64,000 nt of DNA from an uncultured Gemmatimonadales bacterium (GTDB lineage: Bacteria; Gemmatimonadota; Gemmatimonadetes; Longimicrobiales; Gaopeijiaceae), in NCBI GenBank assembly GCA_963809895.1, contig CAWELD010000010.1, positions 1,120,001 through 1,184,000 on the forward strand. The letters are read 5' to 3'. This document shows, piece after piece, positions 21,779-30,551 of the stretch. The stretch's first letter is position 1; each line of letters opens with the position of its first letter. The translations under genes were made by a program, and so were the position numbers. Below the pieces are notes generated by a model, which saw nothing but the letters and a program-made list of their open reading frames with translations, made no database searches and was not told where the DNA came from.

Positions 21779-23262
21779 GATGTCCCTCCCTCACGGGTTG
21801 CCAGACCGGGCTCCGGTCCCAGCGTCCACTCCAGCCGGAGCGTCCCGCGGATCTGATTCCAGTCCACGGTGGAGGCTTCCGAGCCTCCCAGGTGCCGGTA
21901 GCCGGCCAGGGAGCCGGACACCCGGGTACGTCCTCCGAGTCGGTGCGAGGCGTCCAGGGCCAGGCCCAGCACGCTGCCGTCGTCCACGCGGAAGCCGTCG
22001 ATCCCCCGGAAGGCGGTGACACTGCCCCCCAGCCAGCCGTCCCCGAGCGCGCGGCGGAGTGTCACGGTGCCCTCCTCCAGGCCGGCACCCAGCCCTACGT
22101 CGGCGTGATATCCACCCTGGAGGGTCCACGCGGTGGCCAGGGCGCCGCCGGCGCCGAGGCCCACCCGCCACCCGCTGGACCGCACGGGGAGGAACGAGAC
22201 GTCGGAGGTGGTCTCGGCATACGAGCGCCAGGCCGCCTGCGCGTCTGCGTGGATGGAGCTTCCTCTACGGCGCCACGATGCCGAGAGTCCACCCTCCCGG
22301 AATCCCACCGGCGTGAAGGCCCCCCAGATGGTCCAGAGCTCGAAGAAGGGGCTGTAGCGACGGGCGAAGGCGCCCACGATCAGGTCCGACCGGGCCTGCA
22401 CGTCGACGTCCAGGCGGGCCTCGTTCACCGTTCGGCTCACCAGATCCACCTCCAGCGATCCACGGGCGCTCGCACGACCTCGACGGGCGGAGACATCCAG
22501 GGCACCGCGCTCCGAATACAGGGCGGCTCGGTCGGCGCGGATCTCGCGCTGATAGAGCGCTGAAACTCCGAGAGTCGGGGAGGGCCGATAGCGGACCTCG
22601 GCTCCCACGAGCACCCCGCGGCTGTCCGGCGCAAAGGGCTCGATGGCCGCCAGGGCGTCGCTGGTGACGGGCTCGTTCGTGCCGCGGGCGAGACTCCATC
22701 CGCCGAACAACTCCAGATCCAGCCCTGGTACGGACCGCACGAGCACCGACGCGCCATCGAAGTTGTAGTAGCCCAGACCGGAGACCTTCCAGTTGCGGCC
22801 GGCCCGGATCCGGTAGCGCTCGCGATCGAGCTCGACATAGGCGACCAGCGCGTCGAACGCATCGTTGGCGTGGGGCCACAGCGTCTCGTCCGTGCCCAGT
22901 GCCGAGCGGGCCCGGAGCCTGGCGTAGACGCGGAGTCCCCGACCGAACCCCCACGCGCTCACCGTGAGGTCCTGTACGGTGGGCAGGCCCCGCTCCGTGC
23001 CCCCGGCCCGGTAGAACTGACAGAAGTCCCGTCCCAGGAGACAGCGCACGAGCTGTCCGTCCGCACTTCGCCTCAGCAAGCCCTCGCCCGAGGTCTCGGA
23101 GAGGGCGACGCTGTCCTCGACCAGGGGCTTGATCTCCAGGTACCGCACGCTGGTGATGCCCGAGATCCGCACCTGCTGGGCCGTGGCCGGTGCCGCGACG
23201 AGCGTTGCGACGGCGAGCCCGACCCCGAATCCCGCGGCTCGAGCCAGGGTGCGGCGCCTCAT
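21775..23262 (-). CDS. Predicted outer-membrane beta-barrel protein (porin of a porin-cytochrome complex)
   Basis: Signal peptide 'AAPATAQ'; many amphipathic strands with alternating hydrophobic/aromatic residues; final strand 'GTLRLEWTLG'; lies between multiheme genes. Confidence 0.7.
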   Translation of the reverse strand: MRRRTLARAAGFGVGLAVATLVAAPATAQQVRISGITSVRYLEIKPLVEDSVALSETSGEGLLRRSADGQLVRCLLGRDFCQFYRAGGTERGLPTVQDLTVSAWGFGRGLRVYARLRARSALGTDETLWPHANDAFDALVAYVELDRERYRIRAGRNWKVSGLGYYNFDGASVLVRSVPGLDLELFGGWSLARGTNEPVTSDALAAIEPFAPDSRGVLVGAEVRYRPSPTLGVSALYQREIRADRAALYSERGALDVSARRGRASARGSLEVDLVSRTVNEARLDVDVQARSDLIVGAFARRYSPFFELWTIWGAFTPVGFREGGLSASWRRRGSSIHADAQAAWRSYAETTSDVSFLPVRSSGWRVGLGAGGALATAWTLQGGYHADVGLGAGLEEGTVTLRRALGDGWLGGSVTAFRGIDGFRVDDGSVLGLALDASHRLGGRTRVSGSLAGYRHLGGSEASTVDWNQIRGTLRLEWTLGPEPGLATREGGTS

Positions 23263-24107
23263 CGGGAGCTCCCCGCCCCGGCCGCGCGACCGCCACCCGG
23301 GCGACCGGTGAAGTGACAGGTGGTGCATTCCTTCGGCGCCTCGTGCTCTCGCCGGTCGTCGTGGCATACCAGGCAGACCGCCCGGGTCTCGGGGAGCGCA
23401 AGGATCTCTGGATCGTCATGACACGATGATCCACCACACCCCAGATGGGCGCTCGTCTGGTGCAGGGCCCTGGGCGGCTCGTGGCATTCCAGGCACCGGG
23501 CCGTAGCCGTGTGATGCCGGTCGTGGCAGGACGCACAGGTGCGCCCGACGGGGTTGTGGACGCCGCCCTCGTGGCAGGCTCCGCAGTCCAGAGATCCGTG
23601 CCAGTCGTGGCGAAAGTCCAGCGTCCGCTCTCGGACCGGGGTCGCAGAGGAGAGCTGCAGCGCCACCTGGACCGGTATCGATGCCGTGGGCCCGGAACCG
23701 TGGCAACGGGCGCAGCCCTGCTCCGCTGCGGGACCGTGGTGGCACGAAAGGCAGTCGTCCCGGGAGCGGATGGGCAGCGTGCCGTACGCCTCCGGCGTGC
23801 CGTGGCAGTCGGTGCATTCCACCCCCTGGTGCGTGACGTGCCCGGGAACCCGCACGTGGCAGGTGGCACATCGGATGGCGCGATGCTCACCGTGAGGGAA
23901 GGCGCTGGTGACGACCACCGGCGACGACGGCGTGGTGTCGACGGTCGAACGTGTGCCGTCGGTTTGCGAGCCGGCCTCCACGACGGGTGTCAGCTCCGGG
24001 GCTCCCACCGCCGGCGCGTCCTGCTCGCCGCCACACGACGGCAGGGTGAGCAGGGCGAGCAGAAGGAGGAGCCCTCCTGCTCGCCCGGTGCCTTCGATTC
24101 GGGTCAC
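23259..24107 (-). CDS. Multiheme (about 10) cytochrome c lipoprotein, c3/c7-like
   Basis: Lipobox 'LPSC'; 9 CxxCH plus CGGSSCH; 'FPHGEH', 'FRHDWH'. Confidence 0.87.
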   Translation of the reverse strand: MTRIEGTGRAGGLLLLLALLTLPSCGGEQDAPAVGAPELTPVVEAGSQTDGTRSTVDTTPSSPVVVTSAFPHGEHRAIRCATCHVRVPGHVTHQGVECTDCHGTPEAYGTLPIRSRDDCLSCHHGPAAEQGCARCHGSGPTASIPVQVALQLSSATPVRERTLDFRHDWHGSLDCGACHEGGVHNPVGRTCASCHDRHHTATARCLECHEPPRALHQTSAHLGCGGSSCHDDPEILALPETRAVCLVCHDDRREHEAPKECTTCHFTGRPGGGRAAGAGSSR

Positions 24108-25546
24108 CGCACCAGCCCGGGCGGTGCCTGCAACTGGGGCGCCAGGCTCACGCCGGAGACCGCCTGGAGTCCGTAGTCCTCCTGGACCTGAGCGATGCTC
24201 GCCGTCAGGAGGGCCTCGGTGAGGAACGGGTTGTGGATGGCCGAGCTGGTGATCGCACCCAGCCCAGCGTTGAACTTGGCACCTTCGGCCGTGGTGTAGA
24301 CGCCATCGGTCGTGTCGAACTCGGTGGAGGGCACCAGGTCCAACAGGGCGTCCAGATCGTCCACCAGCTCCTTGATACGGCTGGTGGCGACGAGGTAGGC
24401 CGAGCGGGCGGCCTCCTCAGCGCCGTGGCAGCCGCTGGCCGTGCAGGCGGCGAAGCTCCGCTCCGTCAACGCGCAGTCGTCGTTCGCCGTGGGGATCCCT
24501 TGTTCGTCCAGGCAGGGAATGGGCTTGAAAAGGTGCCCTGAAGCGTTGAACACGAACGCGCCCGTCGCGGCATCGGTGACTTCCAGGCGATGAACGTGGC
24601 AGGTGGCGCACAGGCGAGGATTCCGCTCCGTGCCGTGGGTGCCGACGATCGAACCGTTCTCGTATTGGAAGTTCGGTGGCCTCCAGCCGACATCCTCACC
24701 CAGGAGAAGCGGTCCCTGGGGCGAGTGGGGCCCGCGGGAACTCGTGGGATCGGGCTCCGCGCGCCGGTGGTGGCACTTCATGCACAGGTTCACCTCGACG
24801 TTGGGCACGTCGATGGGATAGCGGAGCTGGCCCTCGTTGGTGGCGTCGTGGGGATCGTGGCAGACGGCGCACGTGATCCCGATAGGTTCACCGCCGTCGT
24901 CCTTCTCGATGAACTCGGCCTTGATGCCCCACGCCTTGAAGACGCCCCGTGCCTCGTGGCAGGGTCCGCACGATTCCGTTTCGCGTGGATGCGCACTTCC
25001 GGCGTCCCCGTGACGAGATTGCGACCACTCCTCCACGAAGGGGTTGTGAACGCCCTGATGGCACTCGCCGCAGCCGCTGGTCAGCCCCACACCCACGACG
25101 ATCGAGGCCAGCGGTTGTGACGCATCGGGATTGGTCACGTGTTCGAGCCCCGGGCCGTGACAATTCTCGCACTGCACGTCGGTGTAACGGGCGTCGGCGG
25201 TCGCCGTGAACCCGACCTGGGTGTCCGTCACCCAGTTGCCGTTCGCGCTCACCGAGTGGCAGGGTTCGCAGCTGTCGGAGGCGTGGCCACTCTCCTGCAG
25301 GTCGTTCCACGCCCCGGCGTGGGCCGTCTGTTGCCACTCCGAGTTCTGCCCGACGTGGCAGTTCCCACACACGGGCAGCCCTTGCTCGATGTTGCTGTAC
25401 CCCAGGAAGCCCTGGGCCGCGGTGGGTGGATCCTCGAAGAGTTTCCGCTCGACGAGCACGGTCTCGGTGTCGACACACGAAAGGAGTGTGAGCACGACCG
25501 TGGAGAACAGGGACCAGCGGAGTACTGCGTACGAGCGAGCGTTCAT
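24104..25546 (-). CDS. Multiheme (8-9) cytochrome c lipoprotein
   Basis: Lipobox 'LLSC'; 8 CxxCH plus CTASGCH; c554-like N-terminus 'CGNCH..W..TAHA', 'VQCENCHGPG'; C-terminal 'HNP'. Confidence 0.9.
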   Translation of the reverse strand: MNARSYAVLRWSLFSTVVLTLLSCVDTETVLVERKLFEDPPTAAQGFLGYSNIEQGLPVCGNCHVGQNSEWQQTAHAGAWNDLQESGHASDSCEPCHSVSANGNWVTDTQVGFTATADARYTDVQCENCHGPGLEHVTNPDASQPLASIVVGVGLTSGCGECHQGVHNPFVEEWSQSRHGDAGSAHPRETESCGPCHEARGVFKAWGIKAEFIEKDDGGEPIGITCAVCHDPHDATNEGQLRYPIDVPNVEVNLCMKCHHRRAEPDPTSSRGPHSPQGPLLLGEDVGWRPPNFQYENGSIVGTHGTERNPRLCATCHVHRLEVTDAATGAFVFNASGHLFKPIPCLDEQGIPTANDDCALTERSFAACTASGCHGAEEAARSAYLVATSRIKELVDDLDALLDLVPSTEFDTTDGVYTTAEGAKFNAGLGAITSSAIHNPFLTEALLTASIAQVQEDYGLQAVSGVSLAPQLQAPPGLVR

Positions 25547-25825
25547 TCGAGGCCTCCCGTCTGTTGACCCATGTCCTCCTCATGGAGGACGTTCGGGGAC
25601 GGTCGGAGTGCGGATGCTCATGTCCGGCACGGGAGGGACGGGTACCGGAACCGCACGTCCGACGGGGGCGTCCGGGAAAGCGAGTCGCCGGAGCTGCCCA
25701 GGTGTCCGCTGGCCGGTCCACGCGTGGTCCACGGATGCTGCGCTCTGCACGTCACCCTTGGACTCAGAGCGGAATCGGCATAGCTTCAAGTTGAAACGGA
25801 TCCGTTTCCTACGCGTGCCTTCGAT

Positions 25826-25854
25826 CGTTACCGGTGCGTTACCGCACCGTTTGA
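25826..25854. promoter_or_regulatory. 11-bp-phased heptamer direct repeats, putative SARP operator
   Basis: CGTTACC at 25826 and 25837, CGTTTGA at 25848, in the divergent intergenic region. Confidence 0.55.
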
Positions 25855-25888
25855 ATAGCCGAGACCCTCCCGGTCCGGCGAGGTCGAC

Positions 25889-27076
25889 ATGATCGAGTTG
25901 CGCACGCTCGGATCGCTGGCATTGGCCGGCGACGTGGAGCAGGACCCGGCCAGGGTCTTGTCGAGGGCGAAATGCATCGCCCTGCTCAGCTACCTGGCGG
26001 CGGCCACGCCGGTGGGCTTTCACCGCCGCGACAAGCTGGTGTCCATCTTCTGGCCCGAAGCCGATGAGCGTCACGCTCGGGCATCCTTGCGGAAGGCCAT
26101 CTACGGGTTGCGGCGCTGTCTCGGCGCCGATCTGGTCGTGGGGCGGGGGGCCGAGGAGCTGGCGCTGGACGCCACTCGCCTGTGGTGCGATGCCGTGGCT
26201 TTCCACAGCGCGGCCGAGGCCGGCCGGAACGAGGAAGTGATGAGGCTCTACGGCGGGGATTTTCTCGACGGCCTCCACGTGTCCGGGGCCCCGGAGTTCT
26301 CGCACTGGGCCGAGCTCGAGCGCGACCTTCTCCGTCGGCGAGCGGCACGCTCCGCCTGGCAACTCGCCGAGGTGGCCGAGGAACAGGACGATCCCCGGGC
26401 CGCCATCCGGTGGGCGCGCCGGTGCATGAACCTCCTTCCGTACGACGAGGGATGCTTGCGGCGCCTCCTGCGTCTCTATGATCGGTACGGCGAGAGAGCC
26501 GCGGGCCTGCAGGCCTTCGAGAGGTTCGAGAAGAGGCTGGCGGAGGACCTCGACCTGCGGCCCTCGGCGGAGGCTCTCTCCCTCGTCCGCTCCCTCCGGT
26601 CGCGCGGTGGAAGCGCCGGTCCGTCGTCGGCAAGCCCGGACGAGGCGCGGCTCTCGAGTAGCGACGGCCTGGCTGTCGCGGTGCTTCCCTTCGCATGCCT
26701 GGCCGACGACCCCGAGCAGCGGCAGCTCACGGACGGGCTCCATGAGGAGGTGATGCGCCGACTCGCAGGTCAGCACTGGGCCCGCGTGACGTCACGTACG
26801 TCGGTGATGCGGTTTCGGGATCGGTCTCTGAGTGTGCGCGACATCGCGTCCAGCCTCGGCGTCGGCCTCCTGGTGGAGGGCAGCGTGCGCTTCTGCGAAG
26901 GGCGTGTGCGGGCGTCCGCGGCGGTCATCGACGCCCCTACCGACCGACAGCTCTGGACCGGTACCTATCAGGTCCCCACGTCCGCCTCCTTCACGTGGGA
27001 GCTGGACCTTGCGGCGATGATCGTGCAGGGTCTGGCAACCGTGCTTCACCCCGCGCGGTCATCGGGGTCGAACTGA
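25889..27076 (+). CDS. SARP-type transcriptional regulator (wHTH + BTAD) with a TolB-like C-terminal domain
   Basis: 'LRTLG', 'ALLSYLA', 'RDKL..FWPE..ARASLRKA', 'LYGGDFLDG', 'PYDE', 'AVAVLPF..SRTS..VEGSVR'. Confidence 0.85.
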   Translation: MIELRTLGSLALAGDVEQDPARVLSRAKCIALLSYLAAATPVGFHRRDKLVSIFWPEADERHARASLRKAIYGLRRCLGADLVVGRGAEELALDATRLWCDAVAFHSAAEAGRNEEVMRLYGGDFLDGLHVSGAPEFSHWAELERDLLRRRAARSAWQLAEVAEEQDDPRAAIRWARRCMNLLPYDEGCLRRLLRLYDRYGERAAGLQAFERFEKRLAEDLDLRPSAEALSLVRSLRSRGGSAGPSSASPDEARLSSSDGLAVAVLPFACLADDPEQRQLTDGLHEEVMRRLAGQHWARVTSRTSVMRFRDRSLSVRDIASSLGVGLLVEGSVRFCEGRVRASAAVIDAPTDRQLWTGTYQVPTSASFTWELDLAAMIVQGLATVLHPARSSGSN

Positions 27077-27142
27077 CACCGGAGCCTCCCGGACGGGGGG
27101 CATGTGGTGACGCGTGTGGCCGGTGGTGGTAGGTTCCGCGCC

Positions 27143-28036
27143 ATGGAATCTCCCCCGCGACCCTCGGCGTCAGTCTGGTGGCAGGCCGCCCGACCCCGCA
27201 CACTGCCCGCCGCCGCGGCACCGGTGGTGGTCGGCACCGCTCTCGCCGCGTTCCGCGGTGTCCTGGCGCCCCTCCCGGCGCTCGCGGCGCTCGTGGGTGC
27301 CCTTCTGATCCAGATCGCCACCAACCTGGCGAACGACTACTTCGACTTCGTGCGGGGGGCCGACAGCGAGGAGCGGGTGGGGCCGACGCGGGTGACGCAG
27401 GCCGGGTTGATCGCGCCTGCCGCCATCCGACGAGGGATGGTCGTGACGCTCGCCCTCGCCCTGGCGGTGGGAATCTATCTCGTGTGGATCGGCGGCTGGC
27501 CCATCGTCATCATCGGCCTGGCGTCGCTGGCCTGCGCCGTCCTCTACACCGGGGGGCCCTTTCCCCTGGCCTATCACGGGCTCGGCGATCTGTTCGTCTT
27601 CGTTTTCTTCGGCCTGGTGGCGGTGGCGGGCACCTACTACGTGCAGGCGCTGGTCTTTCCCGTCGAGGCCTGGTGGGCCGGCGTCGGGGCGGGGGCGCTC
27701 AGCACGGCCCTGCTGGTGGTGAACAACCTGCGCGATCGTGAGACGGACGCTCGGGCGGGCAAGCGCACCATGGCGGTGCGGCTGGGCCGCGCGGGCACGC
27801 AGGTGGAGTATCTCCTGCTCCTGCTGCTGGCGGTGCTCGTACCCGCGCTCGGCGTGCGGGTCTTCGGCTGGCCCGGCACCGCCACCGCGGCGTGGATCGG
27901 CGTGCTGGCCGCGATCCCCGCGGCCCGCAGGGTGCTGACCTTCGACGATCCCAGGCAGCTGCTTCCGGCGCTGGGACAGACGGCCCGGGCACTCATGGTG
28001 TGGTCGGTGGGCCTGGCGCTGGGGCTGCTGTGGTGA
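27143..28036 (+). CDS. menA: 1,4-dihydroxy-2-naphthoate polyprenyltransferase
   Basis: 'ARPRTLPAA', 'NLANDYFD', 'YTGGPFPLAY', 'VNNLRD..D..AGKRT'. Confidence 0.95.
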   Translation: MESPPRPSASVWWQAARPRTLPAAAAPVVVGTALAAFRGVLAPLPALAALVGALLIQIATNLANDYFDFVRGADSEERVGPTRVTQAGLIAPAAIRRGMVVTLALALAVGIYLVWIGGWPIVIIGLASLACAVLYTGGPFPLAYHGLGDLFVFVFFGLVAVAGTYYVQALVFPVEAWWAGVGAGALSTALLVVNNLRDRETDARAGKRTMAVRLGRAGTQVEYLLLLLLAVLVPALGVRVFGWPGTATAAWIGVLAAIPAARRVLTFDDPRQLLPALGQTARALMVWSVGLALGLLW

Positions 28037-29526
28037 ACTCCCCGTTCGATCCCCTGGCCCGGGCGGCCCTCGCGTCGCCCGACGCTCCGGCGCTCCGCGA
28101 CGGGGGGCGCTGGGTGTCCTTCGGCGAGCTCTCGGCCCAGGTGGAGGCTCATGCCGGCGTGCTGCGGCGCGCGGGAGCGGTGCCCGGTCAGCGCGTCGCG
28201 GTGGTCGTGGGATCGTCGGCCACGGGCATCCGCGCGCTCCACGCCGCCTTCCGGACCGGGGCGACGGTGGTGCCCCTGCATTCGGGCCTCACGGCGGCGG
28301 AGCTGGTGCCCGCCTTCACGCTCCTGCGTCCCGCGGCCGTGGTCGCCGAGGAGCCGAGCCTCTACCGCATGCGGGAGGCCACCAGGGATCTGACGGGTGT
28401 CATGGTCGTGGAGGTGGCGGGAGACGGCGCGCGGCCGGTGACGCCTCCCCGCGGGTCGCCGCCTGCTCCGGCCACCTTGCCGGGAGCAGCGGTGCTGTGG
28501 ACTTCGGGCACCTCGGGAGCCCCGCGGGCGATCCTGCTGACGGCCCGGGCCTTCGAGGCCAACGCGGCGGCCAGCGCCGCCCGCCTGGGGTTGGAGGCAT
28601 CCGACCGTTGGATGGCGTCGCTCAACCCGGCGCACGTCGGAGGGCTGGCACTGATCCTGAGAGCCGCGCTCCTGGGATCGGCGGTGGTGCCGCTACCTCG
28701 CTTCGACGTGGCCGAGCTCCTGGCGGGGATGGAGGAGGCCGGCGTCACGCACGCCTCGCTGGTGCCCACCCAGCTCCACCGCGTCGTCGATGCGTTGGAG
28801 GGGGGTCGGTCCGCGCCCGCCTCGTTGCGCGCCGTGCTCCTGGGCGGGGCCGCCGCGCCCCCGCCGCTCGTCCGGGCCGCCGGAGTGCGCGGGGTCCCGG
28901 TGGCGGTGACCTACGGGCTCACCGAAGCCACCTCGCAGGTGGCCACGGCCACGCCCGAGGAATCCCAGGCGGATCCGGCCAGCCCCGGACGCCCCCTGGA
29001 TTGCGTGGAGCTCCGCGTGGATCCCGACGGCGGGCTCCACGTGCGGGGTCCGACGCTGGCGGCCGGTCGCCTGCAAGCCGAGGAAGACGGTGCCGACGGT
29101 GGCTTCCGCGTGGCACCGCTGGTGGATCGAGACGGGTGGCTGGACACCGGCGACCTGGGCCGCCTGGACGAGGAGGGGCGGCTTCACGTCACCGGACGAC
29201 GCTCGGACCGCATCATCAGCGGCGGCGTCAACGTCGATCCCATGGAGGTGGAGGGTGTCCTGCTGGCCCATCCTTCGGTGGTGGAGGCGGCGGTGGTCGG
29301 CGTGTCCGATCCCGAGTGGGGAGAGCGCGTGGTGGCGGCGGTCGCGCTCCGATCCGACGGCCCGTTCCCCGGTGCCGAGGCGCTGTCGGCCTATCTGAAG
29401 GGCCGCCTGGCGGGGCCGAAGCGCCCGAAGGAGCTGCGAGTGGTGCAGGCGCTGCCCCGCAACGCGAACGGAAAGGTCGACCGGGCCGCAGTCCGGTCGA
29501 CCTTCCGATCCGCCGAGTCCGCCTAG
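28033..29526 (+). CDS. menE: o-succinylbenzoate-CoA ligase
   Basis: 'TSGTSG', 'HVGGL', 'SLVPTQL', 'TYGLTEATSQ', 'TGDLG', 'ISGGVNV'; coupled to menA. Confidence 0.88.
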   Translation: MNSPFDPLARAALASPDAPALRDGGRWVSFGELSAQVEAHAGVLRRAGAVPGQRVAVVVGSSATGIRALHAAFRTGATVVPLHSGLTAAELVPAFTLLRPAAVVAEEPSLYRMREATRDLTGVMVVEVAGDGARPVTPPRGSPPAPATLPGAAVLWTSGTSGAPRAILLTARAFEANAAASAARLGLEASDRWMASLNPAHVGGLALILRAALLGSAVVPLPRFDVAELLAGMEEAGVTHASLVPTQLHRVVDALEGGRSAPASLRAVLLGGAAAPPPLVRAAGVRGVPVAVTYGLTEATSQVATATPEESQADPASPGRPLDCVELRVDPDGGLHVRGPTLAAGRLQAEEDGADGGFRVAPLVDRDGWLDTGDLGRLDEEGRLHVTGRRSDRIISGGVNVDPMEVEGVLLAHPSVVEAAVVGVSDPEWGERVVAAVALRSDGPFPGAEALSAYLKGRLAGPKRPKELRVVQALPRNANGKVDRAAVRSTFRSAESA

Positions 29527-29557
29527 CTGGCGCTCGCCATCCAGTTGCCGTTCGCCA

Positions 29558-30322
29558 TCAGCGCCGGTTGCCGACGGGGCCGCCACCCAGGCCGAAGGCG
29601 ACGCCCACGCGGAACACCATGAGATTCGCCTCGGTGCGGTTGGGCAGGAGCTCGATGCTGCCGTCCGGATAGTCGATGATGTCACCCTTCCGCAGATACT
29701 CCGCCACGCCGTTGCGGTGGTAGGTGACGCCGAGATCGATCTGCACCGGACCCTTGGAGGTGTTTCCCACCTGGAACCGCAGGCCTCCGCCCACGCGCGC
29801 CGCGGTCACGAAGTCCGAGTAGTTCCGCGTGTTGAACAGGTCCTCGCTGTCGTCCAGGCCCGAGAGGCTGGACTCGGTGACGAAGTAGCTGAACCCCACG
29901 CTGCCGTTGAGGTACGGGCTCACCCGGCCCGGCACCGTCAACTCGGGGCCGATGCCGGCGAAGGCGATGGTGTTGGTGGTGTTCAGATCGGCGCCGATCC
30001 GGCACCCGATGGGCGGCGGAAAGCAGAGGCTCCGCCGCTCGTGACCGTAGACGATGAATCCCCCGTCCAGGCGCAGGGCCAGGACTCCATCCCCGCCCAT
30101 GGGGAAACGGCCGTCCAGCTCCAGCCCCCATCCGTCGTCGACCAGCTCTCCGAAGTCTCCCATGGGATCGGCGCCGATGATGCCGAGACCCACATAGGCC
30201 TTGGGGGGCGCCACCCGGCCATCCCAGTCGTCCCGGCGACGCTGGGCCTCTGCCGGAGCCGCCAGCGCCAGGACCATCACGACTGCCAGACCCGCTCTAT
30301 GCACTTCACGTCCGCGTTGCAC
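29558..30322 (-). CDS. Outer-membrane beta-barrel domain protein
   Basis: Signal 'LAAPAEAQ'; about 8 amphipathic strands ending 'FRVGVAFGL'; GTG start after GAGGAG. Confidence 0.65.
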   Translation of the reverse strand: MQRGREVHRAGLAVVMVLALAAPAEAQRRRDDWDGRVAPPKAYVGLGIIGADPMGDFGELVDDGWGLELDGRFPMGGDGVLALRLDGGFIVYGHERRSLCFPPPIGCRIGADLNTTNTIAFAGIGPELTVPGRVSPYLNGSVGFSYFVTESSLSGLDDSEDLFNTRNYSDFVTAARVGGGLRFQVGNTSKGPVQIDLGVTYHRNGVAEYLRKGDIIDYPDGSIELLPNRTEANLMVFRVGVAFGLGGGPVGNRR

Positions 30323-30551
30323 GATTCGCTCCTCGCGTTGCACTCGTCCCTGGGTCCCACGGGCTGCGGACCCCATCCCCACCCCCTGCAGGGCAAGCGG
30401 AATGCCAACTCCGCGCGAGGGCGCCAGGTGGGGCCGTGTCGCCCTCAACCGCCCGCAGGTGCTTCACTTACGTACGCGAGCGTCCGTTGGATTCAGCGTC
30501 CCGGGATGGGACGAAATGTCCTTTCAGGGGGACAGTGCGTGTCGGGAGGGA

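Noticed and set aside
18966..22022. 1018-aa ORF as a single cytochrome
   Set aside because: Only the last 452 aa (from the ATG at 20324) are credible; the upstream part overlaps the 16-heme gene in another frame.
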